Positions 39,918 through 50,546 of a DNA stretch of 64,000 bases are shown here, piece after piece. Each line of letters opens with the position of its first letter. Within the stretch, counting starts at the first letter, position 1. The notes below the pieces were generated by a model that saw nothing but the letters and a program-made list of their open reading frames with translations, made no database searches and was not told the DNA's origin. The stretch lies in contig CALKOM010000022.1 of the NCBI GenBank assembly GCA_938091905.1, positions 1 through 64,000 on the forward strand, written 5' to 3'. The DNA comes from an uncultured Verrucomicrobiales bacterium. Its GTDB lineage: Bacteria; Verrucomicrobiota; Verrucomicrobiia; Verrucomicrobiales; DEV007. The position numbers and the translations under genes were made by a program.

Positions 39918-40799
39918 TTAATGTGATCGACGAAATTCGGATGGCCGCTGCCCGCTCCACTTTTGAAAGGCGTTCGAAAATGTGGAAGCAAATTCATAGC
40001 CAACTTCAGAGGATATGGCTTCGATGGTCAAATCCGTAGTCATCAGTAACTCAGAGCCACGTCGCATGCGCAAACGGCCGAGATACTTCATCGGGCTACA
40101 GCCTATCGTCTCCAAACACAGGCGTCTAAAGTGTTCGGTGCTCATCGACGCTTCAACGGCGATTTGTTTTAATGTCCAGTCGCGCCCTAACCGCGATACG
40201 ACAACGTCCCAAGCGTGCATCACCCGAGAATCCAACTGACCCGGTCGCCCGAATTGCAGCACGTAGCTATGAATCAGTTCCACCCATAGCTGGAGCGCTA
40301 ATGCGGAGACAGCTCCGTTCGCTTCTGCATGCAGTCCCCGAATCGCCTCAACAAGCGGAAGCGCATCATATTTAGCGATCTTGGGGGCTTCCGATTTCAA
40401 CGTGGACACTCCTTCCCAGGGCTCTCGATAACGCACGAACACATACGTCCATTGCGAACTCTCGCCCATCTGCAAATGATTCGCGACCTGCCGAGGCAAC
40501 AGGCAAGCGGTGCCCTCCGCCACTGTGGTTGGGGTTCCACTGTGAATCACCTCTCCACTGCCGTTAAAGCAGGCCATGAAGAAGGGGCCATCTGGATTCT
40601 CGCGCAGCATTTCAAAGGATGGCTTTGCCCACGTGATGCCGACGTTGGCAATGTTCCTGGAAGCCAGCTGGCCGACCAATGGCGATTCTGCAACCCAATC
40701 GCGCTGATCACTATCATTGGCTCGCACGATCAACGTACGCGTCTCTTCCCCCCAGTCCTTGTGGACCACGCGAAAGTCTGATGCAGCAGCCAACCTCAT
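39918..40799 (-). CDS. AraC-family transcriptional regulator
   Basis: C-terminal double HTH (WTLKQIA...SPMKYL...IEAISSEVGYEFASTFSNAFQKWSGQRPSEFR). Confidence 0.9.
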   Translation of the reverse strand: MRLAAASDFRVVHKDWGEETRTLIVRANDSDQRDWVAESPLVGQLASRNIANVGITWAKPSFEMLRENPDGPFFMACFNGSGEVIHSGTPTTVAEGTACLLPRQVANHLQMGESSQWTYVFVRYREPWEGVSTLKSEAPKIAKYDALPLVEAIRGLHAEANGAVSALALQLWVELIHSYVLQFGRPGQLDSRVMHAWDVVVSRLGRDWTLKQIAVEASMSTEHFRRLCLETIGCSPMKYLGRLRMRRGSELLMTTDLTIEAISSEVGYEFASTFSNAFQKWSGQRPSEFRRSH

Positions 40800-40957
40800 G
40801 GGCTTGAGTTGTGAGGAATCAGCGGCAGAAAGTCAAGGTTCTCCACCTCCCCCGCATGTGGATTCAGACTATGTGTTGGTGCCCTCTCGTTATGGCTTCG
40901 ACCAGTCTAAACCACTACACTCTCCCGATCAGCCAACAATCTGACCACCGCCCAACT

Positions 40958-43900
40958 ATGAAACAAACACCCCCTGCCATCTCTGGACTGCTGGCCTTTG
41001 GTCTCGCCATGTCCGTCGCTCAAGCTGGTCCACAAGGCACCATTCTCGTACGCGAACTCGATGCTGTGACGATTGATGGCGACCTCTCGGACTGGCCCAT
41101 AGAGAACTTTGAAACCACTCTCGAACTACCACCCACTCCGGAAGCTCTTGAGGCTGAGACGGTGGATGTCCAGGGAGACCATTTGGTCTTTAACATTGAT
41201 CAGGTCGGTTTCTTCAATGGCACCGAAGCGGCTCACTTGAGTGACGGTGGTGAGGGAGACTTTGGCGCGTCGACCTACTTCGCATACGACTCGGAGTTCT
41301 TCTATATTCTCAACGTGGTCACCGACGAATCCGTCCGAGGAGATCGAGACATGTCCGACGAGGGGAACCAGGGATTTCTCAATGATGGCTTTGAGTTCTT
41401 CTTTGATGCAGCCGGAGACAGCGATGATTGCGTCGCGATGGGTGCCACGTTCGAAGATGAGGATCCCAATCGTGATGACATGCAGATCACGGTTGCCCTC
41501 AACGATAATTTCCTTCCAGAGGGCGCCGATGCCGATCAGTTAGGGGTCCGGCAGGGACTTGAGCGCGGTGGAAATCCGCTCTTGGTTAACTCAGACGGTG
41601 GCACGAAGAATGGCCCTGGCGGGTTGTTCCGAGACGCGCTCGATGCTCTCGATGGCCCTAACATTGCGGCTAGTAAAACGGACGGCGGCTATGTCATCGA
41701 GCAACGGATTCCATTCGGCTTTATTCCTGAGTTCACCTCTGACAATGTGATGAAGTACACGCAGTTTTGGAATGACTTCGATACTGACGATGGGCCCGGT
41801 GGCGCCAACAAGAGTTGGATCACCTGGGGGCAGCAATCGACCGTGACCTGCGAGGCAGATGAGGATCCACCAGCAGCCTTGTTCCACGCAGGCACGTGGG
41901 CGGCGTTGGAGTTCGTGACTGACAATCCACTGAACAACAAGCCTGGCCCAAATATTTCTCTGCGCACAAAGGTGAACTTCGGCCAGCTAGACATTCCGCC
42001 TACAGTGCAGGAATTGACTATTCCCGTGCGCAACACCGGCATTACCAATCCGCTCGCGATCACGGATGTCACGGTGAGTGGTACGCACGGAGACCGCTTC
42101 ACCGTCGTGAGTTTCCCGAACAGCTTGGACGCGAAAGCTGGTGGCGACATTGTGTTGAACTTTGATAGTCAAGGCATCACCGGCCCTTACGAGGCTGTCC
42201 TAGAAGTCACCAACGATGATGCCGAACCGGAAGACCAAACACGGCAAGTGGCGATCTCTTTATCCGTTGTGGATCCGGCAGGTCCACTGACCCATCTCAA
42301 ACTTGACGAACCCGATGGCACCGTGCTCGCTGATAGTTCCGGCAATGGCCGGGGCGGCAGGTTGGAACCTGGTGGCGGTAATGCCACACTGAATCAAAAC
42401 CCACTTGCTGGAGGCAAGGCCATCGAGGTCTCCGGTGGCGGCTCGGCGAGACTTGAGGGCAAGCCTTTCGGATTGTTAGACAGTTTCTCGGTTTCCCTAT
42501 GGTTCCAGGTCGCCGATGTGGCCGGGCAGGGAACACTCGTTTCCCGTGGAGCCGGTGGTGCGCCGATCTTCGCTGTTCTCCAATCGGGAGCAAATGCTTC
42601 GTTCTTCGTCAACGACGGCCCAATCTTTGCGACCGAAGGTGATCTGATCCAAGCAGGGACGGCCCATCACTTGGTAGCCACCTATGACAATACTGAGGGC
42701 GCCCGTCGCGCGGCCATCTTCATCGACGGTGTGGAAGCAGGCTCTTTTGATGACCCCACCGTTCTCGATGACTTCGAAGAAGACCCCTTCTGGCTAGGCT
42801 CGTTTGCGCAAGCGTTAGGCTTCAGTGGCCTGATCGATGACTTTCAGTATTACAATCATATCCTCACGGCGGAGGAGGTCCAGACATTGAAGGACAATCC
42901 TGGCAAGGCGCTTAGCGGCGTAACGCCTGGAGAGGGCGGGGATGGAGCTGTGGTAGTCGACCTCGACGCTAGCGGATTGCCGGAAGGTGCCATCGCTACC
43001 TGGGAAAACGCAGGCGATCTTGGAGGAAGCTTCCAAGCGTTCGGCGATCCCACCGTTGAAGTAATCGCCGGCGTGACCGGCGTAACCTTAGACGGTAATG
43101 GAGACTACCTCGAAGGCCCCGCTTCCACACCAGCCATTGAGGGCGACAGCCCACGCTCGATCATCGCTTGGATCTACAATCCCGAATTAGCCTCTGAAGA
43201 GACGGTCATATCCTGGGGCAAACGCGGCGGACCAGATGGCACAAACATGTCATTCAACCACGGCTTCCATAACAATTTCGGAGCCGTCGGTCACTGGGGT
43301 GGCGGCGGCCCTGACATTGGTTGGAATCCCGATTCCATGGTCGAAGATGAAGATCCGGGCGTGCCAGGAGATGCGCAAGCGGGCGTATGGACGCACATTT
43401 CTTACACTCAAACGGGCAGCTTCACCAAAGTCTTCACCAATGGGGTACTATCCAATTCGGAAGACGCGGCTCTCAATACGCATCCTGGTTTGGGTATCCT
43501 TGTTGGGGCTCAGCGAGAAGATAACGGCGTCGATGTGACCGACCCTTTGAAGGGCTCTCTCACCGTTGCCAATGTCCGAGTCTTTGATAGCGCCTTGTCC
43601 GACGAAGACATTCTGGCGGACTACGAAACCTCGGCTCCTGGGTTCGCCCCTCCACCCGTACGCGATCCAGTAGACATCCTTCTATTAGGGGCAAATGACG
43701 CTGCTGATGCGGGAGCGGATGCCAATGTCATGGCGTTCCTCGAGGCGGAATTTACGACCGTACGCTACATGAACTCCGGCGCAACCGATGGCTCCGAGAC
43801 TGCCGATGTCATCGTCATGTCTTCCACCTTCGGTTCGGGCTCTGTCAGAGGCAAGTTCCACAACTCCGCCGTACCGATCCTCAACTGGGAGGAAGCCGTC

Positions 43901-45175
43901 ATGGACAGTGGCGATGGAGAGTTCGGTCAAAGCTTGGCGGCGATGACCAAGTCAACCGACACCACACAGATGGCACTTGGCGATCATCCGATCGCAGGCG
44001 CTCTGGCTGGCACTACCATCGATTATCTCACGGCCGTGGGTGCTGAAACGTTAGGATCCAGTGAGCTTTCTGCAGATACCGTTGCGGTAGGTACAGGAAC
44101 CGGCGGCGCGGTTGATGGTTTGGCCATGCTCTTTGTCACGGACACCGGTGGCGCTGTGGGTGAAGGTTCTGGAGTTGTGGACAATGTCTCCCCTGCAAGA
44201 CGGGTCTCCTTCCCGATGACAGATGCGACCTTTGATAGTCTCACAGATGCAGGAAAGGAGCTGTTCGTGAACTCCATCCTTTGGGCTGCTGGCATCGTCG
44301 ACCCACCAACACTCCCAGACATCCCAGGCGTGATCGGCTACTGGCCTCTCGATGGCTCGGCCGCCGATGCCAGCGGCAAAGGCGTGGATGGCAATGTCAT
44401 CAATGCTGACGGCGTTTGGGTCGATGATGGCGGACGCAGCGTCTACCAGTCGGGCAACGATTCGTTCATCGAGTTAGGTACATTGCCAGTCATCGGACTG
44501 GACACCGACTTCACTTGGTCGTTCTGGGTGAACGCTGATGAGACTGACAACAATAACATTGTCTTTGGAAATCGATGGGGACCAGACGGTGTCGATTTCG
44601 ATCCTCGCGAGTTCATCAAGTTCACACCTCGCGTCTTTGAATGGCACGTCGATGCCGGAGGGCAGAACGTTCCAGGAGAGAATTCCATGTTTATCGTTGG
44701 CGAATGGGCCCACAACTTGGTGGTGAAGACGGGTACCACACTCAGCTATTATCGTGACGGGACAGAAATCGCCACCAGCGAGATCACGGCTGCGCCAGCG
44801 AATGCGCAGCCACTCTATTTGGGCGGTCAAAACGGGGCCGAAATCTTCAGCGGCAAGTTCGACGAAGTCGCGATCTTCAACCGTGCCCTGTCTACAGATG
44901 AGGTGACCGATGTCTATAACCGAGGATTAAACGGCCAAACCCTCACCGCAGGTGGTCCTGGACCTGAAGGTCCTTTGCCAAGCCTAACCAATATAGGAAT
45001 CCAAGCCAGTGGAGCTTTCGGGATCACCGTTCCTGACGGTATGACTGCTGACATCGAGTACTCGACGGACCTCATCGACTGGGAAGTCATCGCTACAGGC
45101 ATCACAGGCTCTGCTGAAGAAACCGACGCTGCCCGCATGGCGGCACCAGCCGGCTACTACCGGGCCAAGCAATAA
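40958..45175 (+). CDS. Large acidic secreted protein: CBM9-like domain, Ig-like domain and three LamG/ConA domains
   Basis: Signal peptide from ATG 40958; IDGDLSDW start motif; NTGITNPLAIT...TNDD Ig-like segment; LamG-ending motifs FSGLIDD, GSLTVANVRVFD and FSGKFDEVAIFNRAL. Confidence 0.8.
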   Translation: MKQTPPAISGLLAFGLAMSVAQAGPQGTILVRELDAVTIDGDLSDWPIENFETTLELPPTPEALEAETVDVQGDHLVFNIDQVGFFNGTEAAHLSDGGEGDFGASTYFAYDSEFFYILNVVTDESVRGDRDMSDEGNQGFLNDGFEFFFDAAGDSDDCVAMGATFEDEDPNRDDMQITVALNDNFLPEGADADQLGVRQGLERGGNPLLVNSDGGTKNGPGGLFRDALDALDGPNIAASKTDGGYVIEQRIPFGFIPEFTSDNVMKYTQFWNDFDTDDGPGGANKSWITWGQQSTVTCEADEDPPAALFHAGTWAALEFVTDNPLNNKPGPNISLRTKVNFGQLDIPPTVQELTIPVRNTGITNPLAITDVTVSGTHGDRFTVVSFPNSLDAKAGGDIVLNFDSQGITGPYEAVLEVTNDDAEPEDQTRQVAISLSVVDPAGPLTHLKLDEPDGTVLADSSGNGRGGRLEPGGGNATLNQNPLAGGKAIEVSGGGSARLEGKPFGLLDSFSVSLWFQVADVAGQGTLVSRGAGGAPIFAVLQSGANASFFVNDGPIFATEGDLIQAGTAHHLVATYDNTEGARRAAIFIDGVEAGSFDDPTVLDDFEEDPFWLGSFAQALGFSGLIDDFQYYNHILTAEEVQTLKDNPGKALSGVTPGEGGDGAVVVDLDASGLPEGAIATWENAGDLGGSFQAFGDPTVEVIAGVTGVTLDGNGDYLEGPASTPAIEGDSPRSIIAWIYNPELASEETVISWGKRGGPDGTNMSFNHGFHNNFGAVGHWGGGGPDIGWNPDSMVEDEDPGVPGDAQAGVWTHISYTQTGSFTKVFTNGVLSNSEDAALNTHPGLGILVGAQREDNGVDVTDPLKGSLTVANVRVFDSALSDEDILADYETSAPGFAPPPVRDPVDILLLGANDAADAGADANVMAFLEAEFTTVRYMNSGATDGSETADVIVMSSTFGSGSVRGKFHNSAVPILNWEEAVMDSGDGEFGQSLAAMTKSTDTTQMALGDHPIAGALAGTTIDYLTAVGAETLGSSELSADTVAVGTGTGGAVDGLAMLFVTDTGGAVGEGSGVVDNVSPARRVSFPMTDATFDSLTDAGKELFVNSILWAAGIVDPPTLPDIPGVIGYWPLDGSAADASGKGVDGNVINADGVWVDDGGRSVYQSGNDSFIELGTLPVIGLDTDFTWSFWVNADETDNNNIVFGNRWGPDGVDFDPREFIKFTPRVFEWHVDAGGQNVPGENSMFIVGEWAHNLVVKTGTTLSYYRDGTEIATSEITAAPANAQPLYLGGQNGAEIFSGKFDEVAIFNRALSTDEVTDVYNRGLNGQTLTAGGPGPEGPLPSLTNIGIQASGAFGITVPDGMTADIEYSTDLIDWEVIATGITGSAEETDAARMAAPAGYYRAKQ

Positions 45176-45202
45176 AGAATCACATTGGGAAGAAGGTGAG
45201 TC

Positions 45203-45234
45203 GCGAAGGCGGGGGCTTCGGCTCCCGCCTTCGT
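45203..45234. terminator. GC-rich hairpin between convergent genes (probable terminator)
   Basis: GCGAAGGCGGGGGC-TTCG-GCTCCCGCCTTCGT: 14-bp stem (two G-U pairs) with a UUCG loop. The U-tract is weak. Confidence 0.65.
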
Positions 45235-45264
45235 TGCATCGGACTCACAGGGTCACTGAAGACA

Positions 45265-45984
45265 CTAACGAGAAACGATTGCTAACAAATAGCGCAACTC
45301 CTCTCCAACGGCAGCTTCGCCCTCCACCGTCTGGGCGATCTCGGCACGAACGGCGTCGCGAAAGTCCTTTCTGAGGCGATGAATGGCCACTTTGAAGGCT
45401 CCCACGGCCATTCCCAATTCGTTGGCAGCGTGTTCTTGGTCCGGACGCCCACTGACACCGGGAAGCCAGGTTATCATCACCGCAAACTCTTCTACTTTCC
45501 CATTCGCTTGCCAAGTTTCCTCCAGAGCCGTCAACGCTCGAGCAAGGACGGTGTTCGCCCATTCTCGATCGAAGTAGGTATCGTCATGAAGAGCGCTCTC
45601 ATCGGGAACCTGCAAACCCGAAGAAGAGTCTCGCGCCACGTCAAGCGGCACGTGCTGTTGCCCGCCCCCACGCTTTTCGCGCTGAGCCGCCTTGCGACGA
45701 TCTGCTAGGAAATGTTTTACCGCGCCAAGGACGTAGGAGCGAAATCTACCGCGGTCGGGATCGGCGCCAGCGATGGCGTTCCCTTCCAACAGCTTGGCAA
45801 AGAAGGCTTGTGCCAGTTCACGTGCGTCGTCTTCTGAGCGGCCTTCGCATCGGAAAAATCGAAACACGGGTTCCCAGTAGGCCTGACAAAGATCCCCGAG
45901 GGCCTCTCGACTCCTTTCTGAATCTCCCTGAGCTTGCCTTACCAAGGACCACCGCGTGGCGTCGAAGTTTCCACCGCTGCTCAT
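45265..45984 (-). CDS. ECF sigma-70 factor (PVC type)
   Basis: FDATRWSLV, LCQAYWEPV, GRFRSY, AQREKRGGG, FDREWA and KVAIHRLR motifs. Confidence 0.88.
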   Translation of the reverse strand: MSSGGNFDATRWSLVRQAQGDSERSREALGDLCQAYWEPVFRFFRCEGRSEDDARELAQAFFAKLLEGNAIAGADPDRGRFRSYVLGAVKHFLADRRKAAQREKRGGGQQHVPLDVARDSSSGLQVPDESALHDDTYFDREWANTVLARALTALEETWQANGKVEEFAVMITWLPGVSGRPDQEHAANELGMAVGAFKVAIHRLRKDFRDAVRAEIAQTVEGEAAVGEELRYLLAIVSR

Positions 45985-46249
45985 TTGAAGAAAGTCTCGC
46001 TACGATAAGGCTGTTCAGCGATGCCCAACTCGGATTCGTTAAGTGTGGTCCCGATAAGAGCGCTTTCGTGACGTTCATGGGTAAGTGGTTGATCAACCTT
46101 GTTGCGGTCGAGCTTCAGGGTCTGAATGGTTTCCCCTGAACCCTCCTTCTGAGTTCGGTGGATCATGACGAGGGCCTTAGTATTCCAAGACCCGCCGTAA
46201 ATTTGCTTGGAGGATTGCCAAATCTTGCGGAGCCATAGAATATCGTGGC

Positions 46250-47161
46250 ATGCAGCGCTTTCATGTTCTTAGCTTCTTGCTCTGTGCGCTCCTGATCGGT
46301 GCGCATGGTGGACCTGAACCTTTCGATTTGCGCGAGGGTGATCGGGTTGTCTTTCTGGGAAATGCCTTCTTTGAGCGGGCGCTTGACCACGGATATATGG
46401 AAACGGCACTCGCGTTGCGGTGGCCAGAGCGGAACGTGACCTTTCGCAATCTCGGCTGGGATGGCGATACAGTCTATGGGCACGCTCGCGCAGGTGGCCG
46501 ACGCCGTACGGTATTTGGCGACCCTGAGGAAGGCTTTGCTAGGATGATGGGTGAGGTGCGTTTGCTAGAGCCCTCGGTGATCTTCCTCGCGTATGGATTG
46601 AACGAGTCTTTCGACGACGATGCGGGACTCACCCCTTTTCGCGAAGGTTTGAGACGTCTCTTGAAGGAGATTGCCTCCATCAGAACACGAGTGATTCTGC
46701 TTTCTCCTACGCTTTTTCAGGAAGGCTTTGGTGCGGACTCGACCTACATCGCTCAGCGGAACGAGATGCTCACACGCTACAGTCAGGTCATTGCAGAGGC
46801 AGCGGCCTCCGAGAAACAGGTCTATGTGGATCTCACCACGTTCGACCAACCCTTGCCGTCCGAGAATGGGCTTCATCTCGCGGGGCCAGGTTACCGGCTG
46901 GTTGCCGAGAGACTCACCCAGCAACTGAAACTGCCACCTGCCAAGATCGATCCGAATTCGGAGGATGCCACGGCTATACGCGCGGCCATTGTTAGAAAGA
47001 ACCGGCTTTACTTTCATCGGTGGCGGCCACGGAACGACGCCTTTGTCTTTGGCGAACGGAAAGACGAACAGAAGATCGCCCAGACCGAGCCCGCGCAGTT
47101 CGAGCCCTTCATTGCGAAACAGGAAGCCGTCGTCCGCCAACTTCTTCAGACCAAGTCATGA
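46250..47161 (+). CDS. SGNH/GDSL-fold exported protein
   Basis: VVFLGN, FRNLGWDGDT, YGLNES and ENGLHL blocks; the canonical GDS serine is absent. Confidence 0.75.
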   Translation: MQRFHVLSFLLCALLIGAHGGPEPFDLREGDRVVFLGNAFFERALDHGYMETALALRWPERNVTFRNLGWDGDTVYGHARAGGRRRTVFGDPEEGFARMMGEVRLLEPSVIFLAYGLNESFDDDAGLTPFREGLRRLLKEIASIRTRVILLSPTLFQEGFGADSTYIAQRNEMLTRYSQVIAEAAASEKQVYVDLTTFDQPLPSENGLHLAGPGYRLVAERLTQQLKLPPAKIDPNSEDATAIRAAIVRKNRLYFHRWRPRNDAFVFGERKDEQKIAQTEPAQFEPFIAKQEAVVRQLLQTKS

Positions 47162-50079
47162 ATCGCTGCCTCCTTGCGCTCCTCTTAACAAGCTCAGTTC
47201 TCTTGGGCCAACAAAACCTGACAGAAATTCCGCCACAGGATCCTGCCATTGAACAAGCTTCTTTTAAGGTTGCCAAGGGCTTTGAGGTCAACTTGTGGGC
47301 GGCTGATCCTTTGTTAGCCAAACCTACCCAGATCAGCTTCGATCATGAAGGGCGATTGTGGGTGGCGAGCAGCGAGACCTATCCACAGCTCAATGTCAAT
47401 CAGGAACCTAACGATCGCATTCTCATCCTTGAAGACACCGATCAAGATGGAAGCGCCGACAAATCCTCGGTTTTCTACGACAAGCTCGTCATTCCCGGTG
47501 GTGTCCTGCCAGATGGACAAGGTGGTGCTTACGTCGCGCATGCTGAGGAATTGATTCAACTAAACGATACCGATCATGACGGTAGTGCAGATTCCAAGAC
47601 CGTCTTGCTATCGGGATTCGGCACGGAAGACACACACCACACCCTCCATCGACTGAGCTGGGGGCCGGGTGGTCTTCTCTACATGCTCCAAGGCTACTAC
47701 ATCGGCACTCATGTGGAGACGCTCTATGGTCCGCGTCGCCTCAATGGGGGCGGACTCTGGTCGTATGATACGCAGACACGTCGGCTGGAGATCTACAGTC
47801 GAGGCTTGGTCAATCCATGGGGCGTGGCCTTTGATCGCTGGGGCCAAAGTTTCCAAACGGACGGTGCCGGAGGTGAGGGCATCAATTACACCTTCCCTGA
47901 CAGTGTCTTCAAAGCCTCTCCCCATGAACACCGGACACTCACTGGTCTCAATCCTGGCCGTCCCAAGCTCTGTGGCATCGAGATCATTAGTGGCGACCAT
48001 TTCCCAGCGCCCTGGCATGGTAGTGTGCTCGCCAATGATTTCCGTGCCAACAACATTGATCGCTATTCTCTAGAGGAATCTGCTAGCGGATTTCTCTCTC
48101 ACCTTGAGGATGATCTTCTGCAATCAACGCATGTCTCCTTCCGCCCCATTGATATCACCATGGGACCCGACGGAGCAGTCTATATTGCCGACTGGTATAG
48201 TCCCATCATCCAGCATGGCGAAGTCGATTTCCGTGATGAACGACGTGACCAGGTGCACGGCCGCATTTGGCGTATCACCGCGAAGAATCGACCGCTTTGT
48301 CAACCGGTCGATTATGGCTCCATCAGCGTTGAGCAACTGTTAGAGTGCCTCAAGTCGACTGCAGACTGGGTTCGCAGTCAGGCCAAGCAAGCACTCAAAC
48401 GACACGATCAGAGTAATGTCGAAACTGCCATCCGAACCTGGCTCGCTACGCTCGATCCGCTCGATCCTCGCCATGAGCATTACCGGCTTGAAGCCCTCTG
48501 GTCTTACCAGACCATTTGTAGTGCCGAAGCCGCGGACTTTGCCAACGTCATGAGACGATCTCCAGAGCCGCGCGCACGCGCGGCTGCCGTGCGTGCGTTC
48601 TATCACTCGCAGGTTGAGGCCGGTATGCTCGAAGAGTCTGTGAACGATCCCCATCCGCGCGTTCGACGCGAGGCGGTGACCGTGTTGGGTCAGAAAGGTT
48701 CCGCCGAGGCCGCCCGCATCGCACTTCAAGCGCTCAATCATCCCATGGACATCTTCCTCGACTTCGCCCTCTGGCGTACCTGTCGGCTTCTTGAGCCACA
48801 CTGGCTCGCCGCCTTTAACGAAAAAGGTCTGACGTTTAAAGACAATGTAGATCACCTTGCCTTCGCGCTCAAAGCCATTGAAAAGCCCGAAGCGCTGGCC
48901 CCACTGATTGTACTGGTCGAGAACGATCCTGAACATGCAGATCCTGCCATTGTGCGACTGATCAGCAAGATTGGAAGCTCGAAAGATCTCAACGCTCTAC
49001 TCTCGCTCAATACGTTGGATGCTGTTCTAGCGCTTGTCGAAGCTGCCCGTGATCGAGGTGTTCTTCCGGCCCAAACAAGCAGACTGTCGTCCGCCTGCCT
49101 AACGCTGCTCCGCGCCAACGACCCAATGATCGTGGCCGCTGCCTGTCGCCTCGCCGGTCATTGGAAGCGAAACGACCTTCAGGCGGAACTTGAGTTTCGG
49201 TTGACCGATCCCAAATCGCCAGTGATCCAAGAAGCTGCCGCCCAAGGCCTCGCCATTCTCGGCCTCGGGACACCGCTAATCCACCTGACAAACGACGATT
49301 CGGCGACCCTAGCGTCACGGGTGGCCGCCGCCTCAGCCCTCGCGCAGATGGATGTTGCTGCTAGCGTGGAGCCGATCACAAACCTCTTAGCAGAGCCGCT
49401 CGAAGAAGACGCCATCAACACTCTTGTTACGTCCGTCCTTACCAAAAAGGGCGGCGCCGAAGCACTCGCGCAAGCTCTGACAGATCAAACCGTGACGAAG
49501 AAGGCAACCGTGCTAGCAATGAGACTGGTGGAGACTTCTGGTAGTCCGCACACCAGCCTCGTCAGGGCTTTGACAATCGCTGGGAACCTCCAATCTCTAT
49601 CAGAGGAACTCACACCCAGGATGCTGTCAAGCTTGCTTGGCAAGCTTGACTCTGGGAATGCGTCAAGAGGTAAGTTGATCTATCATCGAGACCAACTCGC
49701 TTGTGTTACCTGTCATGTCATTGATGGTGAAGGAGGCATTATTGGGCCTGATCTTTCTAGCATTGGTGCCAGTGCGCCCGTCGATTATCTCATTGAGTCC
49801 CTTATCATGCCGAGCAAGAAGATTAAGGAGGGTTATCGCATGACGCTCTTGACAAAGAAGAACGGTGACGTGTTCTCCGGTGCCATCGTGAGTGAAGATC
49901 AAAATGTCGTCCGCCTCCGAACGATCACCGGTCAGGAGGCGAGAGTCCCGAAGAGTACGATTAAGACCCGCCACACCAGCCCAGTATCGCTAATGCCCTC
50001 CGGACTAACGGAGTCATTGAAAGAAGATGAAGTCATCGATCTCGTGGCCTACCTTGCCTCGCTGGGTAAACAGAAGTGA
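47158..50079 (+). CDS. PVC-type heme-binding CxxCH protein (propeller + HEAT repeats + cytochrome c)
   Basis: ATGA overlap with the upstream gene; GFEVNLWAADP, DTHH, GPDGAVYIADWY...IQH, HEAT-like repeats and CVTCH...GPDLS. Confidence 0.88.
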   Translation: MNRCLLALLLTSSVLLGQQNLTEIPPQDPAIEQASFKVAKGFEVNLWAADPLLAKPTQISFDHEGRLWVASSETYPQLNVNQEPNDRILILEDTDQDGSADKSSVFYDKLVIPGGVLPDGQGGAYVAHAEELIQLNDTDHDGSADSKTVLLSGFGTEDTHHTLHRLSWGPGGLLYMLQGYYIGTHVETLYGPRRLNGGGLWSYDTQTRRLEIYSRGLVNPWGVAFDRWGQSFQTDGAGGEGINYTFPDSVFKASPHEHRTLTGLNPGRPKLCGIEIISGDHFPAPWHGSVLANDFRANNIDRYSLEESASGFLSHLEDDLLQSTHVSFRPIDITMGPDGAVYIADWYSPIIQHGEVDFRDERRDQVHGRIWRITAKNRPLCQPVDYGSISVEQLLECLKSTADWVRSQAKQALKRHDQSNVETAIRTWLATLDPLDPRHEHYRLEALWSYQTICSAEAADFANVMRRSPEPRARAAAVRAFYHSQVEAGMLEESVNDPHPRVRREAVTVLGQKGSAEAARIALQALNHPMDIFLDFALWRTCRLLEPHWLAAFNEKGLTFKDNVDHLAFALKAIEKPEALAPLIVLVENDPEHADPAIVRLISKIGSSKDLNALLSLNTLDAVLALVEAARDRGVLPAQTSRLSSACLTLLRANDPMIVAAACRLAGHWKRNDLQAELEFRLTDPKSPVIQEAAAQGLAILGLGTPLIHLTNDDSATLASRVAAASALAQMDVAASVEPITNLLAEPLEEDAINTLVTSVLTKKGGAEALAQALTDQTVTKKATVLAMRLVETSGSPHTSLVRALTIAGNLQSLSEELTPRMLSSLLGKLDSGNASRGKLIYHRDQLACVTCHVIDGEGGIIGPDLSSIGASAPVDYLIESLIMPSKKIKEGYRMTLLTKKNGDVFSGAIVSEDQNVVRLRTITGQEARVPKSTIKTRHTSPVSLMPSGLTESLKEDEVIDLVAYLASLGKQK

Positions 50080-50546
50080 TTGCAAACTCGCTTTAGACCT
50101 CTCACCTACTACTTGCAGGTCCGCGCTAGGGGCTACTTTGCCGAAGAGCCCACGTTGATCAGAGTTACCTGTTTAGCTGTAATGTAAGGCGGCTGTTGTC
50201 GAGCCGGGGCGATGGGCTAGCGGATGTTTGTGGAAGCGTGGTAGCGCGAGGCTATCGTAATCATCGGTTGATTCCCAACGGCTTACAGATGGAGTGCGCC
50301 GGGAAAAGCGAGATGCTGATTGGGATTTCAACCAAAACTCGGCCAAATGTTCAAATAATTTAACTCTTTGCGATGACTCATGAGAAAGACCTCAAAAGCC
50401 ATCAGTTGAACTGACGTGATAACCGGCATCGGCAAGAAGGTGGGAACACAAAGAATACCTTGCCGGTATTGACCCGTAGGGAACACAGCCCTCTTCGATT
50501 TACCCGATATACCGCCCTCATAGGATCGAACTCCGTGAACGTGAAA

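Noticed and set aside
50080..50546. 470-bp intergenic region with weak inverted repeats and an EYLAGIDP fragment
   Set aside because: No convincing stem, terminal-repeat/duplication pair or extendable frame.
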